A DNA stretch of 64,000 bases, taken from positions 121,438 to 185,437 of IMG/VR virus record IMGVR_UViG_3300034684_000299, one strand, 5' to 3'. The notes under the pieces are model-generated. The model had not been told where the DNA came from, did no database searches, and saw only the letters and a program-made list of their open reading frames with translations. A program made the position numbers and the translations under genes. Below, piece by piece: positions 9,887 through 19,660 of this stretch. This stretch comes from a virus. Positions within the stretch are counted from its first letter, which is position 1; each line of letters starts with the position of its first letter.

Positions 9887-10144
9887 GTCAACTACCCCCG
9901 TCTAAAGACGGTGGCTTGTAATAAGCAAGCCCTAGTTGATTAGCCTCAGCCAGAGTCGCAAGACTATCGGGCTACGTTATATCGGAATATATAGGTACCA
10001 TAGGATGCTCCACAAGTCCGATGCTCTACGGTCAGTGATTAAACATCTCTGAGGGGTAGGAGAAGTGTTGCTGACAACAAACCCAATATAACATTGGCGA
10101 TGTGGACCTACCGCTTAACAGCGGATTTATCCTCGAAAGAGGAT
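9887..10144 (+). ncRNA. IscB-type omegaRNA (HEARO-like) scaffold, stand-alone
   Basis: GTCAACTACCCC...GGCTTG, GTTGATTAGCCT, CTACGTTAT, AACATTGGCGA hallmarks; ends in a CCTCGAAAGAGG hairpin; no iscB downstream. Confidence 0.8.
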
Positions 10145-10241
10145 CTAAGTAGGTTCCTATCTCCAAAGATAGGAGCCTATTTCTATTAATTACCAGCTTT
10201 CATCTCTCCAATGAATTGGAGAGTGTTCTAGCTGAATTTTC
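9887..10241 (-). mobile_element. Non-autonomous IS200/IS605 mini-element (left end + omegaRNA + right end, no ORF)
   Basis: Minus-strand right end AAGCCACCGTCTTTAGACGGGGGTAGTTGAC; left-end hairpin CTCTCCAATTCATTGGAGAG next to TTTAT. Removing it restores AGAAGAATAAAGGAGGAATTAAAATG, which also occurs just upstream of the 7067 start codon. Confidence 0.75.
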
Positions 10242-10258
10242 ATAAAGGAGGAATTAAA

Positions 10259-10660
10259 ATGGGAACAGGTGAATTCAAAAAATTGGTAGAAAGTTTGAAT
10301 AACGGGGAACCAGTCAGAGTAATAGTAAACAAAGAAGAATTAGAGAAATTAACACAGATTTATAAATTTGATGAAAATTATTTTGAATTAGGTTTATACA
10401 TGATGGATGTAACAAGGGACAGAGACCCAGATATTGATCTCAACGATGAAGATTTTGATTATTATCGAGAAAATGGGGAAATACTATTTGTATTTGACCC
10501 AAGATCAGAAGATACTTCAATGTATTGGTGGTTAGATGGGTATTATTTTCTAACTGAAGATCCTTTTGAGGGTTCCGAATGGGAAAAAACTTCTATTAGC
10601 GAAATAAATTTTTGGGCAAAAATTCTCGAAAATAAATATATGAAGGAGGAAGGGAAATGA
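10259..10660 (+). CDS. Hypothetical protein (family D)
   Basis: GEFKK...ENGEILFVFD...INFWAKIL. Confidence 0.8.
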   Translation: MGTGEFKKLVESLNNGEPVRVIVNKEELEKLTQIYKFDENYFELGLYMMDVTRDRDPDIDLNDEDFDYYRENGEILFVFDPRSEDTSMYWWLDGYYFLTEDPFEGSEWEKTSISEINFWAKILENKYMKEEGK

Positions 10661-10923
10661 TAAGAATGCCATATGGTATGTTTTTTGAAGATATGAAAAT
10701 AATGACTTCATATTCTGATGATGCCATAGATACTATCTTTGAATTTCTAGACGATTTTGATGGAGAAGCAAACTATGATCCAGTTAATATGACATATGAG
10801 TTTCATGAATACGATAGTTTGGAAAAAGCTTGTGAAGATCTGGATATGTCTAAAAAAGAAATTGAAGACAAATACACTATATTAAAAATGAAAAATGGTG
10901 GAGTAGTTATTTGGATAGTGTGA
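10657..10923 (+). CDS. Acidic hypothetical protein (family E, divergent)
   Basis: YSDDAIDTIFEFL...EFHEYDSLE. Confidence 0.7.
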   Translation: MIRMPYGMFFEDMKIMTSYSDDAIDTIFEFLDDFDGEANYDPVNMTYEFHEYDSLEKACEDLDMSKKEIEDKYTILKMKNGGVVIWIV

Positions 10924-10928
10924 TTTAC

Positions 10929-10954
10929 AGGGGAGTATTCTCCCCTATTTTTTT
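10929..10954 (+). terminator. Intrinsic terminator
   Basis: AGGGGAG-tatt-CTCCCCT followed by a T-tract. Confidence 0.75.
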
Positions 10955-10972
10955 AAATAAGGAGGTAATTAA

Positions 10973-12064
10973 ATGGAAAGAAAATTAGCAAGTATACAAA
11001 GGATTACAGAGATACGCCCAATCGAGAATGCTGATAATATCGAAGTTGCAAAAGTTCTTGGTTGGGAATGTGTTGTTAAAAAATCAGATAATTTTAAAGT
11101 TGGAGATCTTGTAGTTTATATAGAAATAGACTCTATCGTTCCAGATAGACCAGAATTTGAGTTTTTAAAAGAAAGAAAGTTCAAAGTTAAAACAATAAAA
11201 CTTAGAGGGCAAGTATCTCAAGGACTTATAATGCCTCTTAACATACTTCCAAAAAGGCATTATAAAGAAGGAGATAATGTTACTAAAGTACTTGGAGTAA
11301 AGAAATATGATCCCCAAGCTGAGTTAGAACAAAAATTACAAGAACAAAGAGCAAACATAAGTAAAAATAGAGTATATAAATTTTTATCAAGATATTCTTG
11401 GTTTCGCAGACTAATTTTTAGAAAAAGAAGAGATAGATTTCCTAAGTTTATCAAGAAAACTGATGAACCAAGAATTCAGTTATTCCCTACAATCTGTGAG
11501 GATTATAAAGATTTAACGTTCTCGGTTACAGAAAAAATAGATGGAATGAGCGCCACCTACTTTTTGTTAAAGAATCCTAAAAAACGGTTTGCTAATAAAA
11601 ACAAATATATCTTTGGAGTTTGTAGTAGAAACTTATATCTATTACAGGAAGGTAATTCTTCATACTGGATTATAGCAAGAAAGTTTAACATCAAACATGT
11701 ACTTGAAAAATTAATAGGGAACAATGACTATATAGTATTACAAGGAGAAATAATAGGACCTGGAATTCAAGAAAACAAATATCAGCTTTCAGATTATGAT
11801 TTTTATGTGTTTAATTATATCTATCCACATACACAATTCAATAATCTAGAAGCAAAAGATGCATTAGAACCATATGGCATAAAATTTGTTCCCATATTGG
11901 AAGATATGAAATTGAAACCAACAATTCAAGAAATGGTTGAATATTCAAAAGGAAAGTCTAAATTATTACCAATCGATAGAGAAGGGATTGTTTGTAGAAA
12001 TTATGAACACAATATATCCTTTAAGGTAATAAACCCGGATTTTTTGCTCACTAACGATGAATAA
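10973..12064 (+). CDS. ATP-dependent RNA ligase, Rnl2/DRB0094 family
   Basis: N-terminal RKLASIQRI..I.PIENAD OB-like domain; motif I TEKIDG; GVCSRN; LQGEIIGPGIQ; REGIV; FKVINPDFL. Confidence 0.85.
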   Translation: MERKLASIQRITEIRPIENADNIEVAKVLGWECVVKKSDNFKVGDLVVYIEIDSIVPDRPEFEFLKERKFKVKTIKLRGQVSQGLIMPLNILPKRHYKEGDNVTKVLGVKKYDPQAELEQKLQEQRANISKNRVYKFLSRYSWFRRLIFRKRRDRFPKFIKKTDEPRIQLFPTICEDYKDLTFSVTEKIDGMSATYFLLKNPKKRFANKNKYIFGVCSRNLYLLQEGNSSYWIIARKFNIKHVLEKLIGNNDYIVLQGEIIGPGIQENKYQLSDYDFYVFNYIYPHTQFNNLEAKDALEPYGIKFVPILEDMKLKPTIQEMVEYSKGKSKLLPIDREGIVCRNYEHNISFKVINPDFLLTNDE

Positions 12065-12148
12065 TTTTTATTTTAAAGTTGTTTTGGCAAAGAAAATAAG
12101 GTATAATTGATCGATATAATCTTTGTTTTTATCAAAAAATATGATTTT

Positions 12149-12159
12149 TTGGTATATAT
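12149..12159 (+). promoter_or_regulatory. TTGGTATATAT motif (copy 2)
   Basis: Intergenic, upstream of 12187. Confidence 0.6.
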
Positions 12160-12186
12160 TATGTAATTATATAAGGAGGAATAAAA

Positions 12187-12729
12187 ATGACAAACGAAAT
12201 TTTAGTAGGGTTAAGAGAATGGCTAAAAGAACAAGGAAGCATTAATCCTGAAGAGTTAGAGATTATATCAAGAAATTGGATAAAAGAGAATAAGAGTAAA
12301 AAGGTTGTAGAGATAGATGAAAAAGTTCGTGAGCTTTATCCAGCAATTGAAGATATGTACAAAAGACTAATGGATGAGTTGTGTGATATATTAGTTTCTA
12401 TTTTTGAATATGGATGGTCTGATACTTATATTTACTATAATGAAATGTCACGTGTTACTTATAAAATTCATCCAAAAACTCATTCTCTAGAGATTGGGGA
12501 AAATTACATTCTAGAATCTACAGAAAGCGAAATAGAATATAATGTTAAGCATATGAGTACAGAAAAAATATTGTATCTCATATCACCAAAAAATGATTTT
12601 ATCGAGAATTTTCCTGCAATAATTCATAGACTTTTAGAAGAATACTTGAGTAGATTTGATATGGATTACCAAGATCTAAGTAAAAAATACAAAGATTTAA
12701 TTGATACTTTCACAAAAAAGGAGGAATAA
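12187..12729 (+). CDS. Hypothetical protein
   Basis: 180 aa ORF with AAGGAGG RBS. Confidence 0.75.
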   Translation: MTNEILVGLREWLKEQGSINPEELEIISRNWIKENKSKKVVEIDEKVRELYPAIEDMYKRLMDELCDILVSIFEYGWSDTYIYYNEMSRVTYKIHPKTHSLEIGENYILESTESEIEYNVKHMSTEKILYLISPKNDFIENFPAIIHRLLEEYLSRFDMDYQDLSKKYKDLIDTFTKKEE

Positions 12730-12731
12730 CA

Positions 12732-13382
12732 ATGGAAGAATGGAGTAAAATATTTTTGAAACATGAGGATGAGATAAAGGAAAAGTTAGGAGAAATGTTG
12801 AAGATAGCTTACGGAAGGCTTTCTGGTATAATAAGTCTTATATTAGACGAAGAAGGAAAGTTATACATAGAAATTTCAGAGTCAGAAAGTACTATAAACG
12901 AAGACATAAATTCCGGGAAAGCTGTATATGTAGAAACATTCGACGCCCAATATTTCGAGATCAGTGATGATTTGTATACGATGAACATAGATAATGCAGA
13001 AAGAATATTCACTGAATGTGGTGGTGGTGAATATTATGAAAAGTATATAAAAAATTTAGGTGAAGAAGAAAGGTTTGACGCAAGAGAAATATACGACAGT
13101 CTTCCAATAGAAATTCGTAAAAAGGTTTTTGAAAAAATTGTTCAAAACAACATCGATTACTACTTTGATAAATTTTATCCTGAACTTCAGGATTATTGGA
13201 CTACTGATGAAGTCGACGAAGAGGAAGAAGATGATGGAATAACAGAAGAGAAAATTGAATGGAATAACGATAAAATCAAAAAAGAAAGAAAAAAAGAAGA
13301 TGAAGAGGAAGAAGAGCAAAAAATAGAAATGGAGGTAATACATATCAAAAAGAAAGGAGACAAAGATGTTGAAAAAGATTAA
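12732..13382 (+). CDS. Acidic hypothetical protein (family F)
   Basis: EWSKI...ISLILDEEGKLYI...FDAREIY; clear paralog of 14944. Confidence 0.8.
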   Translation: MEEWSKIFLKHEDEIKEKLGEMLKIAYGRLSGIISLILDEEGKLYIEISESESTINEDINSGKAVYVETFDAQYFEISDDLYTMNIDNAERIFTECGGGEYYEKYIKNLGEEERFDAREIYDSLPIEIRKKVFEKIVQNNIDYYFDKFYPELQDYWTTDEVDEEEEDDGITEEKIEWNNDKIKKERKKEDEEEEEQKIEMEVIHIKKKGDKDVEKD

Positions 13383-13758
13383 TTTTAGAAATTTATTTTC
13401 GCCACGCAAAAAGAATGTCAAAGCAGAAAAAGAATTGACGAAAGAAGAATGGTTAAAAATAGCTATTGAAGAAAAAACAAAAATCAAAGGTAGTATACAA
13501 GAAGCGTTAGATAGTTTTTCTAAAATAAAGGAATATCCTGGTGTGTACGATGTATGGATATTTCCAAACAGAGAAGTAAGTTGTATTCTGAGAGGCATTC
13601 CAAAACCAGAGGATAATTTTTCAATGTATCAACTTGGTAATAATGGGAAACTTTTTTGTAGCTTTTTTCCACAAAGAGTAATAAAATACAATAAACAAGA
13701 ATTTGACTTGTGGTTTGAAAAAATACTTGAAAGATTTATAGACAGATTACAATTTTAG
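13366..13758 (+). CDS. Hypothetical protein (family F, short)
   Basis: TKEEWLKIA...FDLWFEKILERFIDRL; close paralog of 28882. Confidence 0.8.
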   Translation: MLKKINFRNLFSPRKKNVKAEKELTKEEWLKIAIEEKTKIKGSIQEALDSFSKIKEYPGVYDVWIFPNREVSCILRGIPKPEDNFSMYQLGNNGKLFCSFFPQRVIKYNKQEFDLWFEKILERFIDRLQF

Positions 13759-13776
13759 GAAAAGGGAGGAAATTAG

Positions 13777-14886
13777 ATGGCATTCGAAATAAATACAAGA
13801 GATCTAAGAAATGCTGTTCAACTCACCACAAATGCTGTTTCAAAAAAGACAACTAATCCTATTTTGAAGGGAATAAAGTTAGAAGTAGATGGTGATGTGT
13901 TACATATCTATGCTACTGATTTACAAACCGGATTTCATAAATGGTTGGAAATTAAAAGTGATGGCAAGAACTTTTCTACTGTGGTAGAACAAAATATTTT
14001 CTTAGAAATCATATCAAATCTTAATTATGATACACTTAATATCGATTTAGATGGTGTATTAAAGATATCTAGTGGTAATTCAGTATTCAAGTTGCCTACG
14101 ATGAATCCTGAATTGTTCCCTTCAGTTACATTTGATGTTAGAGGGAACATTATTGAAATAGATAGAACACTTCTTACAGACATGATTGATAAAGTTATCT
14201 TCTGTGTTGCAAAAGATTCTTCTCCATTTTCAGCTAGTATAAACGCTATTTACTGGGATTTCACACAAGAAGGATTTTTAAATCTAGTTGCTACAGATTC
14301 ATATCGATTAGCTATTTGTAAACATCAGTTGGAAAATGGGGATAGACTTTCCCCATTCCTTTTATCGTTGAAAAGTATGAACGAATTAAAAGTTATTTTA
14401 TCAGAATCAAAAGAAGAGAAAATAAAAATAGTTCAGGATATATCACAGGTTCTTTTTGATTTTGAAGAGGATAATAATCGTGTGATTTTTAATGTTGTAG
14501 AAGCAAACTTCCCAGACTATATTAGTATAATTCCACAAAAATTCATTACCGAAATTAAATCCAAATCCACAGAATTTCTAGGAATAATGAAAAGAATGTC
14601 TATTGTATCAAAACAAGAAGATTTAACTTTGTTCAATATAAACGATGGATATATACAATTTTATGCTGATTCTCCAGATGTTGGTGAAGCAAGAGAAGAA
14701 ATAACAGTAGAACAAAAAGGAAAAAATCTTGAGATAGGTTATTCGCCAAAATTTTTTAGAGAAGCTTTGGAAAAAGTAGAGACAGCAGAATTCGAATTAA
14801 AAATATCCGGTGAGGAACAACCAGCTATATTAAAACCTGCAGAAGATGACAGTTATATGTTTATAATAATGCCAAAAAGGAAATAA
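13777..14886 (+). CDS. dnaN: DNA polymerase III beta sliding clamp
   Basis: PILKGI, ATDL, LVATDSYRLA, NFPDY, SPDVGEARE, YMFIIMP motifs; 369 aa. Confidence 0.95.
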   Translation: MAFEINTRDLRNAVQLTTNAVSKKTTNPILKGIKLEVDGDVLHIYATDLQTGFHKWLEIKSDGKNFSTVVEQNIFLEIISNLNYDTLNIDLDGVLKISSGNSVFKLPTMNPELFPSVTFDVRGNIIEIDRTLLTDMIDKVIFCVAKDSSPFSASINAIYWDFTQEGFLNLVATDSYRLAICKHQLENGDRLSPFLLSLKSMNELKVILSESKEEKIKIVQDISQVLFDFEEDNNRVIFNVVEANFPDYISIIPQKFITEIKSKSTEFLGIMKRMSIVSKQEDLTLFNINDGYIQFYADSPDVGEAREEITVEQKGKNLEIGYSPKFFREALEKVETAEFELKISGEEQPAILKPAEDDSYMFIIMPKRK

Positions 14887-14891
14887 ATTCA

Positions 14892-14925
14892 GCTTCCTAT
14901 CTTCAGATAGGAGGCTTATTTTTTT
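14892..14925 (+). terminator. Intrinsic terminator
   Basis: GCTTCCTATCT-tc-AGATAGGAGGC followed by a T-tract. Confidence 0.7.
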
Positions 14926-14943
14926 ATAAAGGAGGAATAGAAA

Positions 14944-15465
14944 ATGAGCAAATGGGAAAAATTAGCTGAAAAATTTGAAGAAAAAATTAAAGATAAAATA
15001 GAAGAAGCTATTGAAATGGCTTATGAAAGTCCATGGGGTATCATAAGTGTTGTATTACATGAAGATGGAGATGTTTATGTGACACACGATGCTTCTGATA
15101 GCACCACTGATGGTGAAGTTTGGGCTGGAAGGGCTATTTATATAGTTAGTTTTGACGCTAATGATTATCATATAACTAATGATTTATATGATTTAGAAAA
15201 AGAAGATGCTGAAAGAATTATAGCTAAAGAATGTAATGGAAAAGAGTATTTTGATAAATATATACAAGATTTAGAAAATTCTGAAGAAGAAGATAAGGAT
15301 TTCGATGCTAGAGACATTTACTATGATTATCTTCCACCAGAAATTCAAAAACTTGTATATGAAGATTTAGTTGATGCATATGTTTATTATTATTTTACAG
15401 AATACTATGATGATTTAATTAACAATTTAATTAAAGAATTAGAAGAAGAAAATGAAGAAAACTAA
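14944..15465 (+). CDS. Acidic hypothetical protein (family F)
   Basis: KWEKL...ISVVLHEDGDVYV...FDARDIY. Confidence 0.8.
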   Translation: MSKWEKLAEKFEEKIKDKIEEAIEMAYESPWGIISVVLHEDGDVYVTHDASDSTTDGEVWAGRAIYIVSFDANDYHITNDLYDLEKEDAERIIAKECNGKEYFDKYIQDLENSEEEDKDFDARDIYYDYLPPEIQKLVYEDLVDAYVYYYFTEYYDDLINNLIKELEEENEEN

Positions 15466-15480
15466 GAAGGAGATGTTTAA

Positions 15481-16176
15481 ATGGAAAAAAGAATAGAAGT
15501 ATTAGACAAAGGATTTGTAGAATTGATTGATATAATGGGGGACGACAGATCTGCTGTTAGAGCTGCTAGAGTTTCTCATGGGAAAGATGTATCTACTGAT
15601 GAAAGAGATAAAAAACTTATTAACTACTTAATGTCTCACGAACACACATCACCATTCGAACATATTACTTTTACGTTCCATATAAAAGCTCCAATATTTG
15701 TAGCTCGCCAATTATTTCGCCACAGAATTGGAATAAGTTTTAACGAGCGTAGTGCAAGATATACTTCTAAAGGTACAGATGAATTTTATATTCCTAACCA
15801 TATCAGAGTTCAAGATACAAAAGACAAACAAAATAGTATTCGTTTTGAAAATGAAGAATTGAAAAATGAAGCTATTAATCTAATTGAAGAAGCATATAAA
15901 AATAGTTATGAGACATACGAAAAGCTTATAAATATGGGTGTAGCAAGGGAAATGGCACGTATTGTATTACCTGTTGGACAATACACTGAATTTTATTTAA
16001 CTTTAAATGCTAGAGCTTTAATGCATTTTCTAGATTTAAGGGCTTCTTCACATGCCCAGTGGGAAATACAGGAATACGCTAAAGCTCTAGCTTATTTTTT
16101 CAAAGAGACATGCCCTTGGAGTTATGAAGCGTATTTAAAGCATCAATACAAGGGAGATATTTTAAAGGAGGAATAA
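15481..16176 (+). CDS. thyX: FAD-dependent thymidylate synthase
   Basis: [21 protein letters not shown], ThyX motif [26 protein letters not shown]. Confidence 0.95.
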   Translation: MEKRIEVLDKGFVELIDIMGDDRSAVRAARVSHGKDVSTDERDKKLINYLMSHEHTSPFEHITFTFHIKAPIFVARQLFRHRIGISFNERSARYTSKGTDEFYIPNHIRVQDTKDKQNSIRFENEELKNEAINLIEEAYKNSYETYEKLINMGVAREMARIVLPVGQYTEFYLTLNARALMHFLDLRASSHAQWEIQEYAKALAYFFKETCPWSYEAYLKHQYKGDILKEE

Positions 16177-16178
16177 TA

Positions 16179-16562
16179 ATGACAAGTACATCAGATCTTT
16201 TAGAAGGAAGCTTTTTAGAAGAAAAAGACAAGGAAACTGTTAATGCTCAATTAAAAGAATTTTTGGATGAGATAAAATTACCTCAGGGATGGTATATTAA
16301 TTTCCATGTCTATCATAGTAATACAGAAGATGTTGAGATAGACTTTTACAATGAAAGTTCAGAAGATGAAAATATTCCTAAATTAGAAATATGGCTTAGA
16401 ACTAAAAAAAAAGGGAGAAAAATTAATTTAATAATGGACTTTTGTGGAGCAAAATTAGGGAGTAAGATGGTTCAATTAAACTATTTACCAATTAATAAAA
16501 TAAAAGATTTTTTGGAAAGATATGAAGAAATTAATAATATTTTTGAGGAAATAGGTATTTGA
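16179..16562 (+). CDS. Hypothetical protein (family G)
   Basis: LKEFLDEIKLPQGWYI...FLERYEEINNIFEEI. Confidence 0.8.
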   Translation: MTSTSDLLEGSFLEEKDKETVNAQLKEFLDEIKLPQGWYINFHVYHSNTEDVEIDFYNESSEDENIPKLEIWLRTKKKGRKINLIMDFCGAKLGSKMVQLNYLPINKIKDFLERYEEINNIFEEIGI

Positions 16563-16590
16563 TAAATTCTATAAAAAGGGGTGTTTTTAA

Positions 16591-16947
16591 ATGACAATTG
16601 AAAAATTGTTTTGTGAACTCAACACTAAACCAGCTGATATGCCAGTAGTAGTTTTAATTGATGGAGAATATTACAATATAATAATAACATATTCTCTCTG
16701 GAAATCTTATACAATCAAAGCTTCAAAAAATAATGTTGACAGATTAATGACAGTTAAAGATTTGAGAAAGGACCTTTTTGGATATCGAAAGGATCTAAGT
16801 TTGTTAACAAAAGTTAGTGTGGAAGCTGTATGGAAAAAAGAAAATGGGGATAAAGACTCTAAAATATTTTACGAGCCTGAGATTAAAATTTTAGAAAAAA
16901 ATGAGAAATTAATACTAAACATAATTTCAGAAATTGAGGAGGCTTGA
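16591..16947 (+). CDS. Hypothetical protein
   Basis: ORF with GGGGTG RBS; weak internal MT(I/V)-x-x-L duplication. Confidence 0.7.
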   Translation: MTIEKLFCELNTKPADMPVVVLIDGEYYNIIITYSLWKSYTIKASKNNVDRLMTVKDLRKDLFGYRKDLSLLTKVSVEAVWKKENGDKDSKIFYEPEIKILEKNEKLILNIISEIEEA

Positions 16948-16948
16948 A

Positions 16949-17341
16949 ATGAGGAATGGAATTGAATTTTATAGAGGAAATGCAATTCGTGAAGGAGAAA
17001 ATGAAGAAATATTAAAAAGTAAGTTAAAAGATTTTTTAAGTAAAATTAATATTCCGGATGATTGGTATATAGTAATAGATGATTTCATGGATCCTCCTAG
17101 AATATCAGAATATATATCTGTAGATTTTTATAATAAAAAATTTGAAGATGAAGACACAGAAATATTATCTATCGTGTTAGAAGTATCTAGAAGAGAAAAT
17201 CCAAGGCTGGAAATATTAAATTGTTATGTAGGAATCAAGGAAAATATATTGAAACTGAAAAATATAAAACCAGAGAAAGTTTATAAGTTTTTAGAAAAAT
17301 ACGAAGAAATTTATAGAATTTTTGAAGAAATAGATTTATAA
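16949..17341 (+). CDS. Hypothetical protein (family G)
   Basis: Start moved to the ATG after GAGGAGG. LKDFLSKINIPDDWYI...FLEKYEEIYRIFEEI. Confidence 0.8.
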   Translation: MRNGIEFYRGNAIREGENEEILKSKLKDFLSKINIPDDWYIVIDDFMDPPRISEYISVDFYNKKFEDEDTEILSIVLEVSRRENPRLEILNCYVGIKENILKLKNIKPEKVYKFLEKYEEIYRIFEEIDL

Positions 17342-17353
17342 GGAGGTAATAAA

Positions 17354-17707
17354 ATGACAGAAGAGGAAGAATGGGGATGGGAAGAACAAACAGGCATTAT
17401 TATAGGTGGAATTTTTCTAATATTTTTTCTTATTAGTTCAACATTGTTTCTTTACATGGGAGAATTATTGTTCAGCATAGTATGCCTTATATTAGCTGGA
17501 ATTTTTTCTTTTGGTGCTAATGATAAGGAAACATCTCCTATCACAATTTTGGGATTGCTAAGCATTTTTACTATTATAATTCTTATTATTTTAAAAACAT
17601 CATGGATAATTGCTTTTGTTTCCGCAATATTATGGTCTATTTTAATTGTAATACAATTAATAGCGTATGGTACAACAATTAAAAGAGAAAAGGAGGTTAA
17701 AAAATGA
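17354..17707 (+). CDS. Small multi-pass membrane protein
   Basis: About four hydrophobic stretches. Confidence 0.75.
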   Translation: MTEEEEWGWEEQTGIIIGGIFLIFFLISSTLFLYMGELLFSIVCLILAGIFSFGANDKETSPITILGLLSIFTIIILIILKTSWIIAFVSAILWSILIVIQLIAYGTTIKREKEVKK

Positions 17708-18027
17708 CTAAAGAAGAATTTAAAACATTTTTGTATACTGCACAACATACTTGTATTGATATTTATGAAGACAACGAAGATTTTGATAAATTTCTAAAAG
17801 AAATGGAAGAAGGTATCTATGATGATAAAGACGTCGAAAAGTTTGAAATGCATGGATGGGTTTATTATGAATTTGATGTCGATGAAGAAATAACAGAAAT
17901 AACACCAATATGTCCAGAATCTGATGAACCAGTTGAATTACCAGCACCGATTGTTTATTATTGGGATGAAGTTGAACCTGAAATGTTTGATAAATGGGCT
18001 AATTATATTCAGCAGTATACAAAATAG
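17704..18027 (+). CDS. Hypothetical protein (family D)
   Basis: MTKEEFK...HGWVYYEFD...FDKWANYI. Confidence 0.8.
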   Translation: MTKEEFKTFLYTAQHTCIDIYEDNEDFDKFLKEMEEGIYDDKDVEKFEMHGWVYYEFDVDEEITEITPICPESDEPVELPAPIVYYWDEVEPEMFDKWANYIQQYTK

Positions 18028-18054
18028 TAACATTTAGAAAAGGAGAGATCGAAT

Positions 18055-18471
18055 ATGAGCGAAAATTTTGTGTGGTTATTAGAAAAAGCCAAGGCTGAAA
18101 TAGATAATCCTTATGGATATACAAATGAATTTGGTGAATATACTATCCGTATTCCAATGAAAGAATTAGAAGAAATTGATGATTTGGAATGGGATTTTTG
18201 GGTTTATAAGATTATTTCAATTATAAAAGGCGAAGAAGAAAGAAAAGATTTTGAGGAAAATGGTGCTATAGAATATTCTTTTGATTTACGCTATCGAGGG
18301 ACTTCAACAACAGCTTATGATTCTAAAGGGCAAGAAATTGTGTTTGGAAGTACACAATATTGGAAAGAAGTTTCAGACGAAGAATTTAATTTTTGGGAAA
18401 AATTACTTAAATGGTTGATACAAAAAGATAAAGCATTGGATAATGGGAGCAATCATGTCCACATATCATAA
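18055..18471 (+). CDS. Hypothetical protein (family D)
   Basis: FEENGAIEYSFD...WKEVSDEEFNFWEKLL. Confidence 0.8.
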   Translation: MSENFVWLLEKAKAEIDNPYGYTNEFGEYTIRIPMKELEEIDDLEWDFWVYKIISIIKGEEERKDFEENGAIEYSFDLRYRGTSTTAYDSKGQEIVFGSTQYWKEVSDEEFNFWEKLLKWLIQKDKALDNGSNHVHIS

Positions 18472-19285
18472 ACTATTCATCAAAAATAGTTCTAATATGT
18501 TAGAAATAGCAAGTGAAAGTATCCAATTAATACTCACTTCTCCTCCATACTTCAATGCACCATTCGATTACAAAGATATGTTTGATACTTACGAACAATA
18601 TTTAGAACTTTTGCAACAAGTATCCAAAGAACTATACAGAGTTTTAGCTGAAGGAAGGATCTGTGTTATCAATATCGATGATATGTTGATTAATGGAGAA
18701 AAATTCCCTATTGTTGCAGATGCAACTAAAATTTTCCAAGAAGCTGGGTTTAAGTACAGGGACAGGATTATATGGAAAAAGCCAGATGGTTATTTGAGAA
18801 TAAGTAGAAGAAGCGGTGTTGTTCTACAAAATCCATATCCCATGTATTTTTATCCAGACAATCTCTTGGAGAGTATACTAATCTTCCAGAAAGGGAAATT
18901 TGATTACAAGTCTATTCCTCAAGATGTTAAAGAGAGCTCAAAAATAGATACAAAAGAAATATTAGAAGAAAAATGGTATATGAATCTATGGGAAATGACA
19001 AATGTTCTTCCAAATCAGTCATTAGAGAAAGATATAGCAGCGTTTCCTGACGAATTACCTTATAGAATAATTAAATTATTCTCTTATGTAGGTGAAACAG
19101 TTTTAGACCCATTTGTAGGATCTGGAACTACTATGAAAGTTGCAAGGCAATTGGGAAGAAATAGTATAGGGATAGAAATAGATAGTTCTTTGGTTCCAAT
19201 AATCAAAGAAAAAGTCGGGTTTGGAGGACAATTGAGTTTGTTCCAAAACAAAGATACGTTTGAAATAATACGCGAAAAGGAGTGA
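18443..19285 (+). CDS. Site-specific DNA methyltransferase, N4C/N6A beta class (start may be 18455)
   Basis: Catalytic TSPPY precedes SAM-binding DPFVGSGTT; AAFPDELP. Confidence 0.9.
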   Translation: MGAIMSTYHKLFIKNSSNMLEIASESIQLILTSPPYFNAPFDYKDMFDTYEQYLELLQQVSKELYRVLAEGRICVINIDDMLINGEKFPIVADATKIFQEAGFKYRDRIIWKKPDGYLRISRRSGVVLQNPYPMYFYPDNLLESILIFQKGKFDYKSIPQDVKESSKIDTKEILEEKWYMNLWEMTNVLPNQSLEKDIAAFPDELPYRIIKLFSYVGETVLDPFVGSGTTMKVARQLGRNSIGIEIDSSLVPIIKEKVGFGGQLSLFQNKDTFEIIREKE

Positions 19286-19632
19286 TATCAATGATTATTT
19301 ATACAAAAGATTTATTAGAAAAATTGGGTAATCATTCTGAACAATACATGACAGTTGTTACCCAAGATGTAGATTCAAAAAGATACACGATCTATTATAT
19401 AAAAGAAGTGGTTTGTGCAGGTAACTTCATAATTTTAGATTTGATGTATCAAAAGAAGTTTTATTCAACAAAAGAAGTTTATGACATTATTTCTCATCTT
19501 GACAAAGAAAATTCAGAGTCAACAGTGAAAATAAACCTTCCAGAAGGCAAGTTTATTGATGATTTTGAATTTTGGGATGTAATCAGCCCGGTAGAAAATA
19601 GCTTAATACTCATTATAGGGGTAAAAAGTTGA
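19282..19632 (+). CDS. Hypothetical protein
   Basis: ORF coupled to the methyltransferase stop; RBS AAGGAG. Confidence 0.7.
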   Translation: MISMIIYTKDLLEKLGNHSEQYMTVVTQDVDSKRYTIYYIKEVVCAGNFIILDLMYQKKFYSTKEVYDIISHLDKENSESTVKINLPEGKFIDDFEFWDVISPVENSLILIIGVKS

Positions 19633-19635
19633 TAT

Positions 19636-19660
19636 AGGCTAGCAAATTGCTAGCCTTTTT
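19636..19660 (+). terminator. Intrinsic terminator
   Basis: AGGCTAGC-aaatt-GCTAGCCT-TTTT. Confidence 0.75.
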
